Assembly (NCBI GenBank): GCA_947627085.1
Contig: CANQUO010000001.1
Coordinates: forward strand, 1-53,295
Length of the DNA stretch: 53,295 nt
Direction: 5' to 3'
DNA from: an uncultured Oscillospiraceae bacterium
Lineage (GTDB): Bacteria; Bacillota; Clostridia; Oscillospirales; Oscillospiraceae
Positions 26,354 through 35,218 of the stretch are shown in pieces. The translations under genes were made by a program, and so were the position numbers. The notes under the pieces are model-generated. The model was given only the letters and a program-made list of their open reading frames with translations. It was not told where the DNA came from and searched no databases. Positions within the stretch are counted from its first letter, which is position 1; every line of letters begins with the position of its first letter.

Positions 26354-27220
26354 ATGAATCTATCCACATATGTAGTGCCCCTGATCACCGGAGTGGCGTC
26401 GGGGCTCATACTTTACCTGTCGGCCGCCGGCATGAACCTGATGATCTCCGGCCTGGGGGTAATAAACTTCGGCCAGGGCGCTTTTTTCGTCCTGGGCGCC
26501 GGCGTATGCCTGATCGTCGGAAAGGCCACGGGCTCGCTCCTTCAGGGCATGGCGGCGGGGACGCTTGTCACCTTCTTCCTGGGCGGCCTTCTGGAGCTGT
26601 CGCTCCGCCCCGTCGTCGGGAAAAAGATGGAGCTCACATTGATGATAACAATGGGCATCGCCTATATCCTGGACGATATATTTGAGATCGTCTGGGGCTC
26701 GTCGGTGCAGACGCTGGCTATACCCGTGTGGCTCCGGGGCCTCGTGACGGTAGGCAGTTTTCAGATACCAAAGTATTATCTTTTTATCATCGGCGCGGCG
26801 CTTTTGATCGGGCTCGCGTTCTGGATCGTTTTTGAGAAAACGCGACTGGGTATGCGCTTTCGCGCCATCATCTCGAACCGGGATATGGTGGAGGCCCTTG
26901 GCGTCAACGTGCACCTGAGCTATATGATGATGTTTATGATCGGCATTGCCCTCAGCGGCTTTGCCGGGGCGCTGAACCTGCCCATATCGGGCTTCACGGC
27001 GACAGGGGCCATGGGGGCTTTCGGCGCCATAGTGCCGATCCTCGTCATAGGCGGCCTTGGGAACATCCAGGGCACTCTCCCTTCCGCCGTGTTCATCGGC
27101 GTGCTCAGCGCCGTGGCGGCGCTGTTCCTCCCCAAGCTTTATAATCTCGTGCCTACGGTGGTGATGGTGCTGGTCATCATGATAAAGCCCCAGGGCCTTT
27201 TCACCAGGAAGGAGCGCTGA
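26354..27220 (+). CDS. Branched-chain-amino-acid-type ABC transporter permease (LivH-like)
   Basis: A polytopic membrane protein ending in PQGLFTRKE, typical of LivH-family permeases. Confidence 0.85.
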   Translation: MNLSTYVVPLITGVASGLILYLSAAGMNLMISGLGVINFGQGAFFVLGAGVCLIVGKATGSLLQGMAAGTLVTFFLGGLLELSLRPVVGKKMELTLMITMGIAYILDDIFEIVWGSSVQTLAIPVWLRGLVTVGSFQIPKYYLFIIGAALLIGLAFWIVFEKTRLGMRFRAIISNRDMVEALGVNVHLSYMMMFMIGIALSGFAGALNLPISGFTATGAMGAFGAIVPILVIGGLGNIQGTLPSAVFIGVLSAVAALFLPKLYNLVPTVVMVLVIMIKPQGLFTRKER

Positions 27221-27223
27221 GAG

Positions 27224-28204
27224 ATGAAGAAGCTGAACCTCACGGCGACAGTCCTCACCGTCGCGGCCGTTGGGCTGTGCCTTGTGCTGGGGGTGTTCTG
27301 CGGCATAAACACCACGCTCCTCATGAGCCGTATCGTCATCATGGCGCTTTTCGCCCTGAGCCTGAATATCCAGACCGGCTACGCGGGGCTTGGGAACCTT
27401 GGCCACGCGCTGTACTTTGGCCTTGGCAGCTACGGAGTGCTGATATTCGTCTCCAAATTCGGCCAGCCGCTATATCTGGCCATCCCGGCGACCATACTTA
27501 TCCTGACCCTGGTCTCCGCCGCGGTGGGCTTTTTGATGCTCCAGAGCGACGACAAGATGTCGTTCCTGTTTCTGTCCTTCGGCGTCTGCCTGCTGGTGTA
27601 CACGGCCTTCGCCAAGTGGGCCTGGGTAGGGAACAAGACGGGGCTGACCTTCAATGTCCGCCCCCAGGCCCTCAACGACCCCAGAAACTGCTTTATGCTT
27701 ATACTGCTGGTGACGGCCGTCTGCGCCGCCTTGATGTACCTGCTGACAAAGACGCCCTTTACGGCGGCGCTGAAGGGCTCCCGGGAGAACGAGACCCGGA
27801 TGGTGTTCCTGGGCGTGAATATAAAGCGCCTGCGGCTGGTGGCCTACGTCATAAGCAGCTTTTTCGGCGTGATCGCCGGGGTGCTTTACGCCATAATGAA
27901 CAACGGGGCGTATATAACCTCAATCGATACCAGTATGGCTCTTGAGGCGATGATGATGTGCCTCATCGGAGGGGGCGCCACCTTCCTGGGGCCGGTTCTG
28001 GGGGCTGTGATCGTGACGCTGGTGCGGAATTTCCTCCCGACGGTCACTAACCTTGACAGCGTGATCTTTGGCGTCATGGTGATACTTTGCTGCTACTTCC
28101 TGCCCGACGGCATAACCGCCCCCAACGGCCGCCCTGCGGCCTTAGTCCGGCGCGTCGCCGGACGGCTGAGGAAGAGCGGCTCCGATTCTGAAAAAGTGAG
28201 GTGA
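27224..28204 (+). CDS. Branched-chain-amino-acid-type ABC transporter permease (LivM-like)
   Basis: A polytopic membrane protein with the motif TGYAGLGNLGHALYFGLGSY, typical of LivM. Confidence 0.85.
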   Translation: MKKLNLTATVLTVAAVGLCLVLGVFCGINTTLLMSRIVIMALFALSLNIQTGYAGLGNLGHALYFGLGSYGVLIFVSKFGQPLYLAIPATILILTLVSAAVGFLMLQSDDKMSFLFLSFGVCLLVYTAFAKWAWVGNKTGLTFNVRPQALNDPRNCFMLILLVTAVCAALMYLLTKTPFTAALKGSRENETRMVFLGVNIKRLRLVAYVISSFFGVIAGVLYAIMNNGAYITSIDTSMALEAMMMCLIGGGATFLGPVLGAVIVTLVRNFLPTVTNLDSVIFGVMVILCCYFLPDGITAPNGRPAALVRRVAGRLRKSGSDSEKVR

Positions 28205-28209
28205 GGATA

Positions 28210-28962
28210 ATGGAAAAGAAGATCGCGGTGAAAACCGAGAACCTGTGCAAGAGCTTCGGCGCCGTCCAGGCCGTCCGTGACGTGTCCCTGACCGTTGAGG
28301 AGGGGCAGATGCAGGCCATAATCGGCCCCAACGGCGCCGGCAAGACCACCTGCATGGACCTCATCGTCAACAAGACGCCCCTGAGCTCCGGGAAGGTATT
28401 CCTCTTCGGGGAGGACATAACCGGCATGAAGCCCTATAAGATCGCCAAGCGCGGGCTCAACAAGTGCTTTCAGATAAGCCAGCTCTTCCCGGCCCTCACC
28501 TGCTGTCAGAACGTGCAGATCGCCCTCATTCAAAAGCTGGGCAAGACCTTCGGCCTGCGGCCCGTCCCGAAAGATTATCTCAGAGACGAGTGCGCCGCGG
28601 AGCTCGCCCGGGTGGGCATGGAGCATCTTTTAGACGAGACGGCGGCGTATCTGTCCTACGGGGATCAGCGGCGCCTGGAGATCGCCATAACATTGGCCCT
28701 TGAGCCAAAGGTCCTCCTGTTGGACGAGCCCACGGCCGGAGTCGCGAGGGCTGAGGGCTACTCCATCATGGACATGGTGCGACGGCTCAATCAGGAGGAG
28801 GGTTACACCATCCTCTTCATCGAGCATGACATGAACATCGTATTCAACTACTCCGACATCATATCCGTCATGGACCACGGACAGCTGGTGGCCAGCGACA
28901 CGCCCGCCCGGATAAAGGAGAACGAGTTCGTAAAGCAGGCGTACCTTGGAGGTGCCGCATGA
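28210..28962 (+). CDS. ABC transporter ATP-binding protein (LivG-like)
   Basis: Walker A GPNGAGKTT, signature LSYGDQRRLEI and Walker B LLLDEP. The ATG at 28210 follows GAGGTGAGG. Confidence 0.9.
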   Translation: MEKKIAVKTENLCKSFGAVQAVRDVSLTVEEGQMQAIIGPNGAGKTTCMDLIVNKTPLSSGKVFLFGEDITGMKPYKIAKRGLNKCFQISQLFPALTCCQNVQIALIQKLGKTFGLRPVPKDYLRDECAAELARVGMEHLLDETAAYLSYGDQRRLEIAITLALEPKVLLLDEPTAGVARAEGYSIMDMVRRLNQEEGYTILFIEHDMNIVFNYSDIISVMDHGQLVASDTPARIKENEFVKQAYLGGAA

Positions 28963-29672
28963 TTCTTAAGCTTCACGACGTAAACGCCTATTACGGGAGC
29001 AGTCACATACTGTTCGACATGGACCTGGAGGTGGAGGAAGGGGATTCCGTCTGCATCCTGGGCCGCAACGGCGTGGGAAAATCGACCACTCTGAAATCCA
29101 TAATGGGCCTTCTAAACCCGAAAAATCACGCCTCCGTGACCGGGAGCATCATGTTCCAGGGGCAGGAGCTGGTGAAAAAGCCCACATATAAGATATCCAG
29201 GGCCGGCGTGGGCTACGTGCCACAGGGCAGGCAGATATTCCCAACGCTGAGCACGAAGGAGAATCTGCTCCTTGCCGCCAAGGCCGGACCCGACGGGTCC
29301 AGATTCTGGGACCTGGATAAGATATACGAGCTCTTTCCGAGCCTCAAAAACCGCGAGTCGGTAAAGGGCGCGCGCCTGAGCGGCGGGGAACAGCAGATGC
29401 TGGCCATAGCCCGGGGACTTATGCAAAACCCGAAGCTCCTGCTCCTTGACGAGATAACCGAGGGCCTGGCGCCAATCGTTGTGGACGAGCTCGTGGAGGT
29501 GGTGGAGCGGCTTCGCTCCTACAACGTCTCCATCCTCGTGGCGGAACAGAACGTGCGCTTTGCCATGAGCGTCAGCCGCCACTGCTATATAATCGAGAAG
29601 GGCTCGGTCGTCTACTACGGCGAGACGGCAAAAATACCGCCGGAGATAATCGAGCAGTACCTTGGGGCGTAA
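28959..29672 (+). CDS. ABC transporter ATP-binding protein (LivF-like)
   Basis: Walker A GRNGVGKST, signature LSGGEQQMLAI and Walker B LLLDE. The start overlaps the preceding stop (ATGA). Confidence 0.9.
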   Translation: MILKLHDVNAYYGSSHILFDMDLEVEEGDSVCILGRNGVGKSTTLKSIMGLLNPKNHASVTGSIMFQGQELVKKPTYKISRAGVGYVPQGRQIFPTLSTKENLLLAAKAGPDGSRFWDLDKIYELFPSLKNRESVKGARLSGGEQQMLAIARGLMQNPKLLLLDEITEGLAPIVVDELVEVVERLRSYNVSILVAEQNVRFAMSVSRHCYIIEKGSVVYYGETAKIPPEIIEQYLGA

Positions 29673-29684
29673 GGAGGTCATAAA

Positions 29685-30611
29685 ATGAGAAAAATAATCG
29701 ACGCGCATTTGCACATTCACCCCGAGCGCTTTCTCGGGACGACCCAGGGAGTGTTCACCTACGAGCGAAACGGAAGGCTGACGATCGGGGGCAAAATGGC
29801 CTATCAGGCCATGCCGGACATAATCTCCAACACCGCCTTTACGGTCCCCACCATCCTGCGGGTCATGGACAACGCCGGAGTGGAGCGGGGCGTCATCATG
29901 CAGGCGGCCAGCGACGGCGTCATCCCGGACACAATAGGGGCCGTGCAGGAGCACCCGGACAGGTTCTGGGGGGCCATGCGCCTTGATCCGAGGGTGAAAA
30001 ACCTGGCGGACAGGGTGAAGATGTACAACGACATGGGCCTGACGGTCATAAAATGCCTGACGCAGGTGAGGCCCGGCCTGCCAAATATTTACGCCGGGAA
30101 CCCCCTCGACAGCGACATCCATCGGGCCGCCTGGGCCGAGGCGGAGAAACGCGGCCTCACCGTGGCGGTGGACGCCGGTTTTCCCGGTAACCCCGGCTAC
30201 TGCGTAGACGCTCTGGATATGATGGCCAGGGAATACCCCGGCCTTCGGATAGTCGTCTGCCACATGGGCCTGCCGACCCCGGGGCTCCAAGAAAGGCCGG
30301 AGGAGCACGCCCAGTGGAGGCGAATGGGGGAGCTTGCCAAACACGACAACGTGTGGTTCGAGTGCTCGGCCCTCTCCACCTTCTTTATCGACGAGGCGTA
30401 TCCCTTCCCCTCCGCCCAGCGGATAGTCAGGGACTTCATGGACGAATACGGCCCCCGTAAGGTCATCTGGGCCTCGGACATGCCCGGTACGCTGTGCGAC
30501 GGCACTTACAGACAGCTCATAGACACCTACGAGCGAAGCCGGCTCTTCTCCGAGGAGGAAAAGGACCTGCTATTTGCCGCCAACGCCGTTGACGCCTACG
30601 GCGAACGCTGA
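29685..30611 (+). CDS. Amidohydrolase-2 family metal-dependent hydrolase/decarboxylase
   Basis: N-terminal IIDAHLHIHPE (HxH) and a later VVCHMG motif, with TIM-barrel amidohydrolase length. Confidence 0.65.
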   Translation: MRKIIDAHLHIHPERFLGTTQGVFTYERNGRLTIGGKMAYQAMPDIISNTAFTVPTILRVMDNAGVERGVIMQAASDGVIPDTIGAVQEHPDRFWGAMRLDPRVKNLADRVKMYNDMGLTVIKCLTQVRPGLPNIYAGNPLDSDIHRAAWAEAEKRGLTVAVDAGFPGNPGYCVDALDMMAREYPGLRIVVCHMGLPTPGLQERPEEHAQWRRMGELAKHDNVWFECSALSTFFIDEAYPFPSAQRIVRDFMDEYGPRKVIWASDMPGTLCDGTYRQLIDTYERSRLFSEEEKDLLFAANAVDAYGER

Positions 30612-32056
30612 TGGGCGGCAGTAAAACACCCGGGGAGGGAGCGGGCAAGCCCCTCCCCGTTCTCTGCCCGGTCATCCCGGCGGGGTGGAGCCGGCGGAGC
30701 GTATACCGGGATATCGCGCGCCTCGCCATCCCGGCGGGGGTGGAGTTTCTGCTTTTGCAGTTTGTGAACGTCTTTGACCAGATACAGGTCAGCGCCGTGG
30801 GCACCGCCGCCATAAACGGTGTGGGCATGGTCAACCAGATAAAGCTCCTTTTCACAACGGTGTTCATGGGAGTCGGAATAGGCGTGACGGCGCTGTGCGC
30901 CCAGGCGAAGGGCCGGGGCGACGGAGACGGCGCCCGGGAGGTCCTCCGCCACGGACTTATACTCACGGGCCTGCTGTCGACCGCGGCGGCGCTTTTTGCC
31001 TTTATTTTCGCCGGGAGGCTCCTGCGGCTCATCGGCTCGCCGGACCGGCCCTCTTACGAGCAGGGCCTGCTGTATCTGCGCATCTGCATACTGAGCTTCG
31101 TCCCATCTGCTCTGACCTCCACCGCCACCGCCGCTCTGCGAGGGGTGGGGGACGCGAAAACGCCGCTTTTTTACAACGTCACGGCCAACATCCTGAATGT
31201 GTTTCTCAACTGGGTGCTGATAGGCGGACGGCTCGGTATGCCCCGGATGGGCATAGCCGGAGCGGCGACGGCCACGGTAGTGGGACTCACCGTCTCGTTC
31301 GTCCTGTCGATGCTGGCCGTATTCACCAGGAAAGGAGCTCTTAGCCTCCCGACGCGGGGCCTGTGCCGCCGCATGGACAGGGATATCTGCGCCGGCATAC
31401 TGCGCCTGGGCCTCCCGGCAATGGGCGAACAGCTGGTTGTCCGGGTGGGACTCGCGGCGTTTACCTCCGTTGTCTCCACCCTGGGGCCGGACGCCTACGC
31501 TGTCCACACCATATGCGTCAATATCCAATACCTGACCTATGTGAACGGCATGGCCTTCCAGGTGGCCGCCACGGCCCTCTCGGGGCAGAGCCTGGGCGCC
31601 GGCAGACCGGATATGGCCGCAACGTACAGCGCCGCCTGCGCGCGACTGGGCTGTGTGGGGGCGTTGGGGCTCTCGGCGCTTTACGCTTTCGGAGGGGGCG
31701 CGCTTATCTGGCTTTACAGAAAGGACCCGGCCATTATCGCCGCGGGCGTGACGCCCCTTCGTATAATGGCCCTGATGCAACCGCTCACGGCGTTGCAATA
31801 CGTGTTCTCCGGAACTATAAGAAGCGCCGGAGATACCAAATTCGTGGCTTGGGCGTCCATATTCACTACCTTCCTGCTTCGCCCCTCCCTGGCGTGGCTG
31901 GCGGTAACGCGGCTTAACTGGGGCCTTGTGGGCGCCTGGGCGGCTATGGCGGCGGATCAGTCCGTCTGCGCGTTGCTGTTGACCGTCCGGTACAGGTCCG
32001 GAAGGTGGCTTACAATGTCCGGCGCGCCCCGGGAAAATAAAAATCAAGGAGGCTAA
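30611..32056 (+). CDS. MATE-family efflux transporter
   Basis: About 12 predicted TM helices. IARLAIPAGVEFLLLQ is the typical MATE N-terminal motif, and the two halves repeat internally. The start overlaps the previous stop (TGATG). Confidence 0.8.
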   Translation: MGGSKTPGEGAGKPLPVLCPVIPAGWSRRSVYRDIARLAIPAGVEFLLLQFVNVFDQIQVSAVGTAAINGVGMVNQIKLLFTTVFMGVGIGVTALCAQAKGRGDGDGAREVLRHGLILTGLLSTAAALFAFIFAGRLLRLIGSPDRPSYEQGLLYLRICILSFVPSALTSTATAALRGVGDAKTPLFYNVTANILNVFLNWVLIGGRLGMPRMGIAGAATATVVGLTVSFVLSMLAVFTRKGALSLPTRGLCRRMDRDICAGILRLGLPAMGEQLVVRVGLAAFTSVVSTLGPDAYAVHTICVNIQYLTYVNGMAFQVAATALSGQSLGAGRPDMAATYSAACARLGCVGALGLSALYAFGGGALIWLYRKDPAIIAAGVTPLRIMALMQPLTALQYVFSGTIRSAGDTKFVAWASIFTTFLLRPSLAWLAVTRLNWGLVGAWAAMAADQSVCALLLTVRYRSGRWLTMSGAPRENKNQGG

Positions 32057-32059
32057 CAT

Positions 32060-32710
32060 ATGCCATCAAAAGTCTGGGTCCAGGCCGCCATTGATGTGGA
32101 GGACATGGACCTTGCGAAAAAGATCGCTTTTATGGCGCTGGACGCCGGCGCCGAGTGGCTGGAGGTGGGTACGCCCCTTATCTACCGCTACGGGCACGGC
32201 GCGATTGGCGTACTGCGCCGGGCCGTGGGCTCCAACGCCGTGCTTGTGGCGGATTACAAGTCCCCCTTCGCGGGCCTCTGCGCCGGGCAGGCCGCCCGGG
32301 AGGGCGCGGACTATGTCCTTCTCAGCGCCGGCTACATGGACGCCGCCCTCCGCCATTCGGTGGACATATGCCGGAAGGCCGGAATCCGGCCGATCTTCGA
32401 CCTCTCCGTCCATCCCCGCGACATGCGGGCCCTGGCGGAGAAGCTTACGGCCATGGGCGCGGAGCATATCTTCTCCCGCCACTATTCAGAGATAACCGAT
32501 CCCTCCGGCACCGCGGAGAGGATCGATAACATTGCGAATATCCTGACAGGTGAAAAAAACTTCTCCCTCGGCATCACCAGCGACGACCTTGCGGAGGCGG
32601 TCCACGCCGCTCAGAGCGGTGCGGATTGGATCACCTTCGGCTGTGTATTGCGTGACCCCGACCCCGCCGTTTGCCGGACATGGATCGACGCGATCCACGG
32701 CGCCAGATAG
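32060..32710 (+). CDS. OMP-decarboxylase-superfamily enzyme (3-hexulose-6-phosphate synthase / 3-keto-L-gulonate-6-P decarboxylase-like)
   Basis: VQAAIDVEDMDLAKKIA...AEWLEVGTPLI matches the HPS/KGPDC N-terminal pattern (LQxALD...EVGTPL). AAGGAGG lies 7 nt upstream. Confidence 0.55.
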   Translation: MPSKVWVQAAIDVEDMDLAKKIAFMALDAGAEWLEVGTPLIYRYGHGAIGVLRRAVGSNAVLVADYKSPFAGLCAGQAAREGADYVLLSAGYMDAALRHSVDICRKAGIRPIFDLSVHPRDMRALAEKLTAMGAEHIFSRHYSEITDPSGTAERIDNIANILTGEKNFSLGITSDDLAEAVHAAQSGADWITFGCVLRDPDPAVCRTWIDAIHGAR

Positions 32711-32789
32711 GGGAGGCGTAATACGCGCGGTGCCAGGCTCGGCGATGAGTACGAGTATGACAGACCTCCCCTTCCGGACGGCCTTTGAG

Positions 32790-33010
32790 CTTCTCCGCTA
32801 TTAAATTCCACCAGATGACATGGCGGTCAAATGCTGTCACCCGTTGTGAATATATCACAAAAAGTCGAGTCGCTTGCGCCAAGACCGTCAGGTCACGGGA
32901 CCAAAGTCCGGTACACGATTTTGAGTTCCCGTTTGAAGGTGTTCAACACGGTATGCTCCGGAGCTCCAAAGGCTTCCGGTAATCGCGGGAGCGTTATTAC
33001 AGACCGTTAC
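32790..33010 (-). pseudogene. Possible degenerate relic of an rve/IS3-like transposase C-terminus
   Basis: Minus-strand frames give CNNAPA, then LNTFKRELKIVYRT, then YIHNG*QHLTAMS. These are reminiscent of the C(Y)DNAxxE, TLKxEL(I)Y and YIxxYNxxRxQxxLxxMSP blocks, but they are spread over three frames with stops. Confidence 0.25.
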
Positions 33011-33034
33011 CGCTGTGATGCGCGCATTTAGTGC

Positions 33035-33063
33035 TTGACATGAGGAAAAAGTTCGGGTATTCT
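33035..33063 (+). promoter_or_regulatory. Promoter of the GntR-family regulator gene
   Basis: TTGACA (33035..33040), a 17-nt spacer and TATTCT (33058..33063). Confidence 0.45.
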
Positions 33064-33100
33064 AAAAACGCAATGTTGCTATACTGAGGGGAGAGATTTC

Positions 33101-33718
33101 ATGAGCCGGCAATATCTCAAGGATAAAGCATATGACATTCTTCGTACTCGAATCATCAATTGCGAATACGCGCCCGGTACGGCACTCAATGAAACCGCTC
33201 TGATGAAGGAGATCGGCGCCAGCCGCACGCCGATCCATGACGCTATGACTACCTTGGCCGGGGAGAATCTGGTCACCATCATCCCCAAAAAGGGAGTCAT
33301 CGTCAACGGGATCACCTTAAGTGACGTCATCGAGGTGTTTGATGTACGCATCATCATTGAGCCTCAGGCTGTCCTGCGTTACGGTGAGCTGATAGACAGG
33401 GACTATTTGCAGGGCTATTTGACGCGTTGCCGGTGCGCCGTCACCATCGAGGAGAAGATCGCCCTGGACGAGGAGCTCCACGAAAAGCTTTATGATGCAT
33501 GCCGGAACCATTATCTTCGGGACATCCTGCACAACATGGAGGGACATAACCACCGTAACCGTATCTGGCGCAGCGACAAGTCGAGGGTGGACGACAGCCT
33601 TCGGGAGCATATCGAAATGACCGAGCTCCTCCTGCAAGGCGACTATCAGGCCGCGGCGAAGGCCATGGAGGACCATCTCTCAAACGCCCGTCTCTACGCC
33701 CTGAAAAAATATACATGA
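33101..33718 (+). CDS. GntR-family transcriptional regulator (FadR/FCD subfamily)
   Basis: Winged HTH ALNETALMKEIGASRTPIHDAMTTLAGENLV plus an all-helical C-terminal domain. Confidence 0.85.
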   Translation: MSRQYLKDKAYDILRTRIINCEYAPGTALNETALMKEIGASRTPIHDAMTTLAGENLVTIIPKKGVIVNGITLSDVIEVFDVRIIIEPQAVLRYGELIDRDYLQGYLTRCRCAVTIEEKIALDEELHEKLYDACRNHYLRDILHNMEGHNHRNRIWRSDKSRVDDSLREHIEMTELLLQGDYQAAAKAMEDHLSNARLYALKKYT

Positions 33719-33756
33719 TGCTTTTATGATAAAAAAGTCTTTTTGACAGACCTCAG

Positions 33757-33790
33757 CGGGCCTTCTCCGAACAAGGGAAGGCCCGTTTTA
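33757..33790 (+). terminator. Terminator after the GntR gene
   Basis: Stem CGGGCCTTC / GAAGGCCCG followed by TTTTA. Confidence 0.65.
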
Positions 33791-33844
33791 TGTTATCCGG
33801 CGGCATATGGTAAAAAAAGAGGGAAAAATAATAAGGGAAAGGCC

Positions 33845-33873
33845 TTGACAATTGCGTACTTCATGCTTATAAT
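33845..33873 (+). promoter_or_regulatory. Perfect-consensus sigma-70 promoter of the second ABC/catabolic operon
   Basis: TTGACA (33845..33850), a 17-nt spacer and TATAAT (33868..33873). Confidence 0.65.
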
Positions 33874-33948
33874 TTAAGTATCAGATGCATGCTACTGACA
33901 CTCAAAAATAAAAACGCACAAGCACCTACAAGAATGGAGTTGTATAAA

Positions 33949-35109
33949 ATGAAAAAATCATGCGCAATTATTCTGTCTCTGGCGCTGGTGTTAGCGCTTT
34001 GCTCGTGTGGCGGCGGGAAGGCCGGTGGCGAGGATGACGACGCGCCATACACCATAGCCCTGATCGCCCCTCAGACAGGAGATAACGCCCAGTACGGCAA
34101 CGCCTATGTGACCGGTCTGACCGTTCTGTGCGACGAGGTGAATTCCAGCGGCGGTATCAACGGGAGAAAACTGGAATTTGAGGTCTTTGACGACGCCTCC
34201 GATGCCGCGCAGAGCACCAACATGGCCCAAATAGTGACCGGCGACGAGAAGTACATCGCCGCCATCGGCAGCTATACCAGTACGTGCGCGCTGGCCTTCG
34301 CGCCGATATTTGACGAGGCGAAAATGCCCGTGCTGGTGCCCAATTCCGGCAACAGCCACATCGCCACCGATTACAGCTACACCTTCCAGCGCGGTATGAC
34401 GATCCCCATTGAATCAGCCTTGCTTTCGCGTTACGCGGTGGAGAAATTCGGGGGCAAGCGGGTGGCGCTGATCGCGCTGAACAACGACGCCGGGTTGGAA
34501 TTCATGACCAACGCCCGGGAGGCCATTGAGAAGTTAGCCGCCGCGGGCACGGATTGCCGCCTTGTGGCCGCGGAGACCTTCAACGAGGGGGAGGTACGGG
34601 ATTACACCGCCCTGTGCCAGAAGATAAAAGAGAGTGGACCGGATATCATTGTGGTCAACCTCGGCTACGTAGAGTGCGCCACGATCCTTGTTCAGGCACA
34701 GCAGGTGGGCCTGACGGACGTGCAGTGGTTGGGCAACCAGTCCATGTATACCACCGACTTTACAAACCTTGTTGGGGACGCCGGTATTGGGTTCTGCGTG
34801 GGAACAGGCTTTTACGCGGATAACCCGGATGAGGGAGTAAGGGAATTTGTTTCCGCCTGCAAGGCCGTGGACGGCAAGGTCCCAAACGCGTACCAGCGCA
34901 ACGCCTATGAGTGCGCGGCCATGATCGCGAAGTGCCTGCGAGATGGGGCGACCACACGCGGCGAATTGTACGACGCCCTGCTTGGCATAGACTATTGGGA
35001 CGGCAAGACGGGCGGAAACAAATGGATAAACCGTCAGGTAGAGGAGGACTATATCATCCTTCAGTACCAGGGCGACGCGGAATGGCAAATGTTGGAGCTG
35101 GAAGGCTGA
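33949..35109 (+). CDS. ABC transporter substrate-binding lipoprotein (LivJ/amino-acid-amide binding family)
   Basis: Start at MKKSCAIILSLALVLALCSC (lipobox LALC). The motifs YTIALIAPQTGDNAQYG and GGINGRKLEFEVFDD are typical of the Leu/Ile/Val-binding family. Confidence 0.85.
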   Translation: MKKSCAIILSLALVLALCSCGGGKAGGEDDDAPYTIALIAPQTGDNAQYGNAYVTGLTVLCDEVNSSGGINGRKLEFEVFDDASDAAQSTNMAQIVTGDEKYIAAIGSYTSTCALAFAPIFDEAKMPVLVPNSGNSHIATDYSYTFQRGMTIPIESALLSRYAVEKFGGKRVALIALNNDAGLEFMTNAREAIEKLAAAGTDCRLVAAETFNEGEVRDYTALCQKIKESGPDIIVVNLGYVECATILVQAQQVGLTDVQWLGNQSMYTTDFTNLVGDAGIGFCVGTGFYADNPDEGVREFVSACKAVDGKVPNAYQRNAYECAAMIAKCLRDGATTRGELYDALLGIDYWDGKTGGNKWINRQVEEDYIILQYQGDAEWQMLELEG

Positions 35110-35218
35110 TTTGTTCTGCGCGTTATTTCTCTGTGCCGCGCCAGCCGATTGGAGGGCGCGGCCGGCTTTTGCTGATTTTTACTAAATATTAGTATAAGGA
35201 GGAGATATTATAAAAACC

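Noticed and set aside
26360-27406. A 348-aa minus-strand ORF opposite the LivH/LivM-like permeases
   Set aside because: It is antisense to clear polytopic permease genes. The highly charged His/Arg/Asp-rich product is implausible as a real protein.
29112-30344. A 410-aa minus-strand ORF opposite the LivF-like and amidohydrolase genes
   Set aside because: It is antisense across a gene boundary. The plus-strand genes carry Walker and HxH motifs, and this frame carries none.
30596-32059. A 487-aa minus-strand ORF covering the whole MATE gene
   Set aside because: It mirrors a 12-TM transporter gene. The product is Arg/Gly/Pro-rich and hydrophilic, so it is a shadow frame.
35176-35199. TTTTTACTAAATATTAGTATAAGG resembles the right end of the MITE (13-nt exact match ATATTAGTATAAG, about 20/23 overall)
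   Set aside because: It is a single short AT-rich match with no partner inverted repeat nearby, and it overlaps the RBS region of the amidohydrolase gene. It cannot be distinguished from chance without genome-wide copy data.
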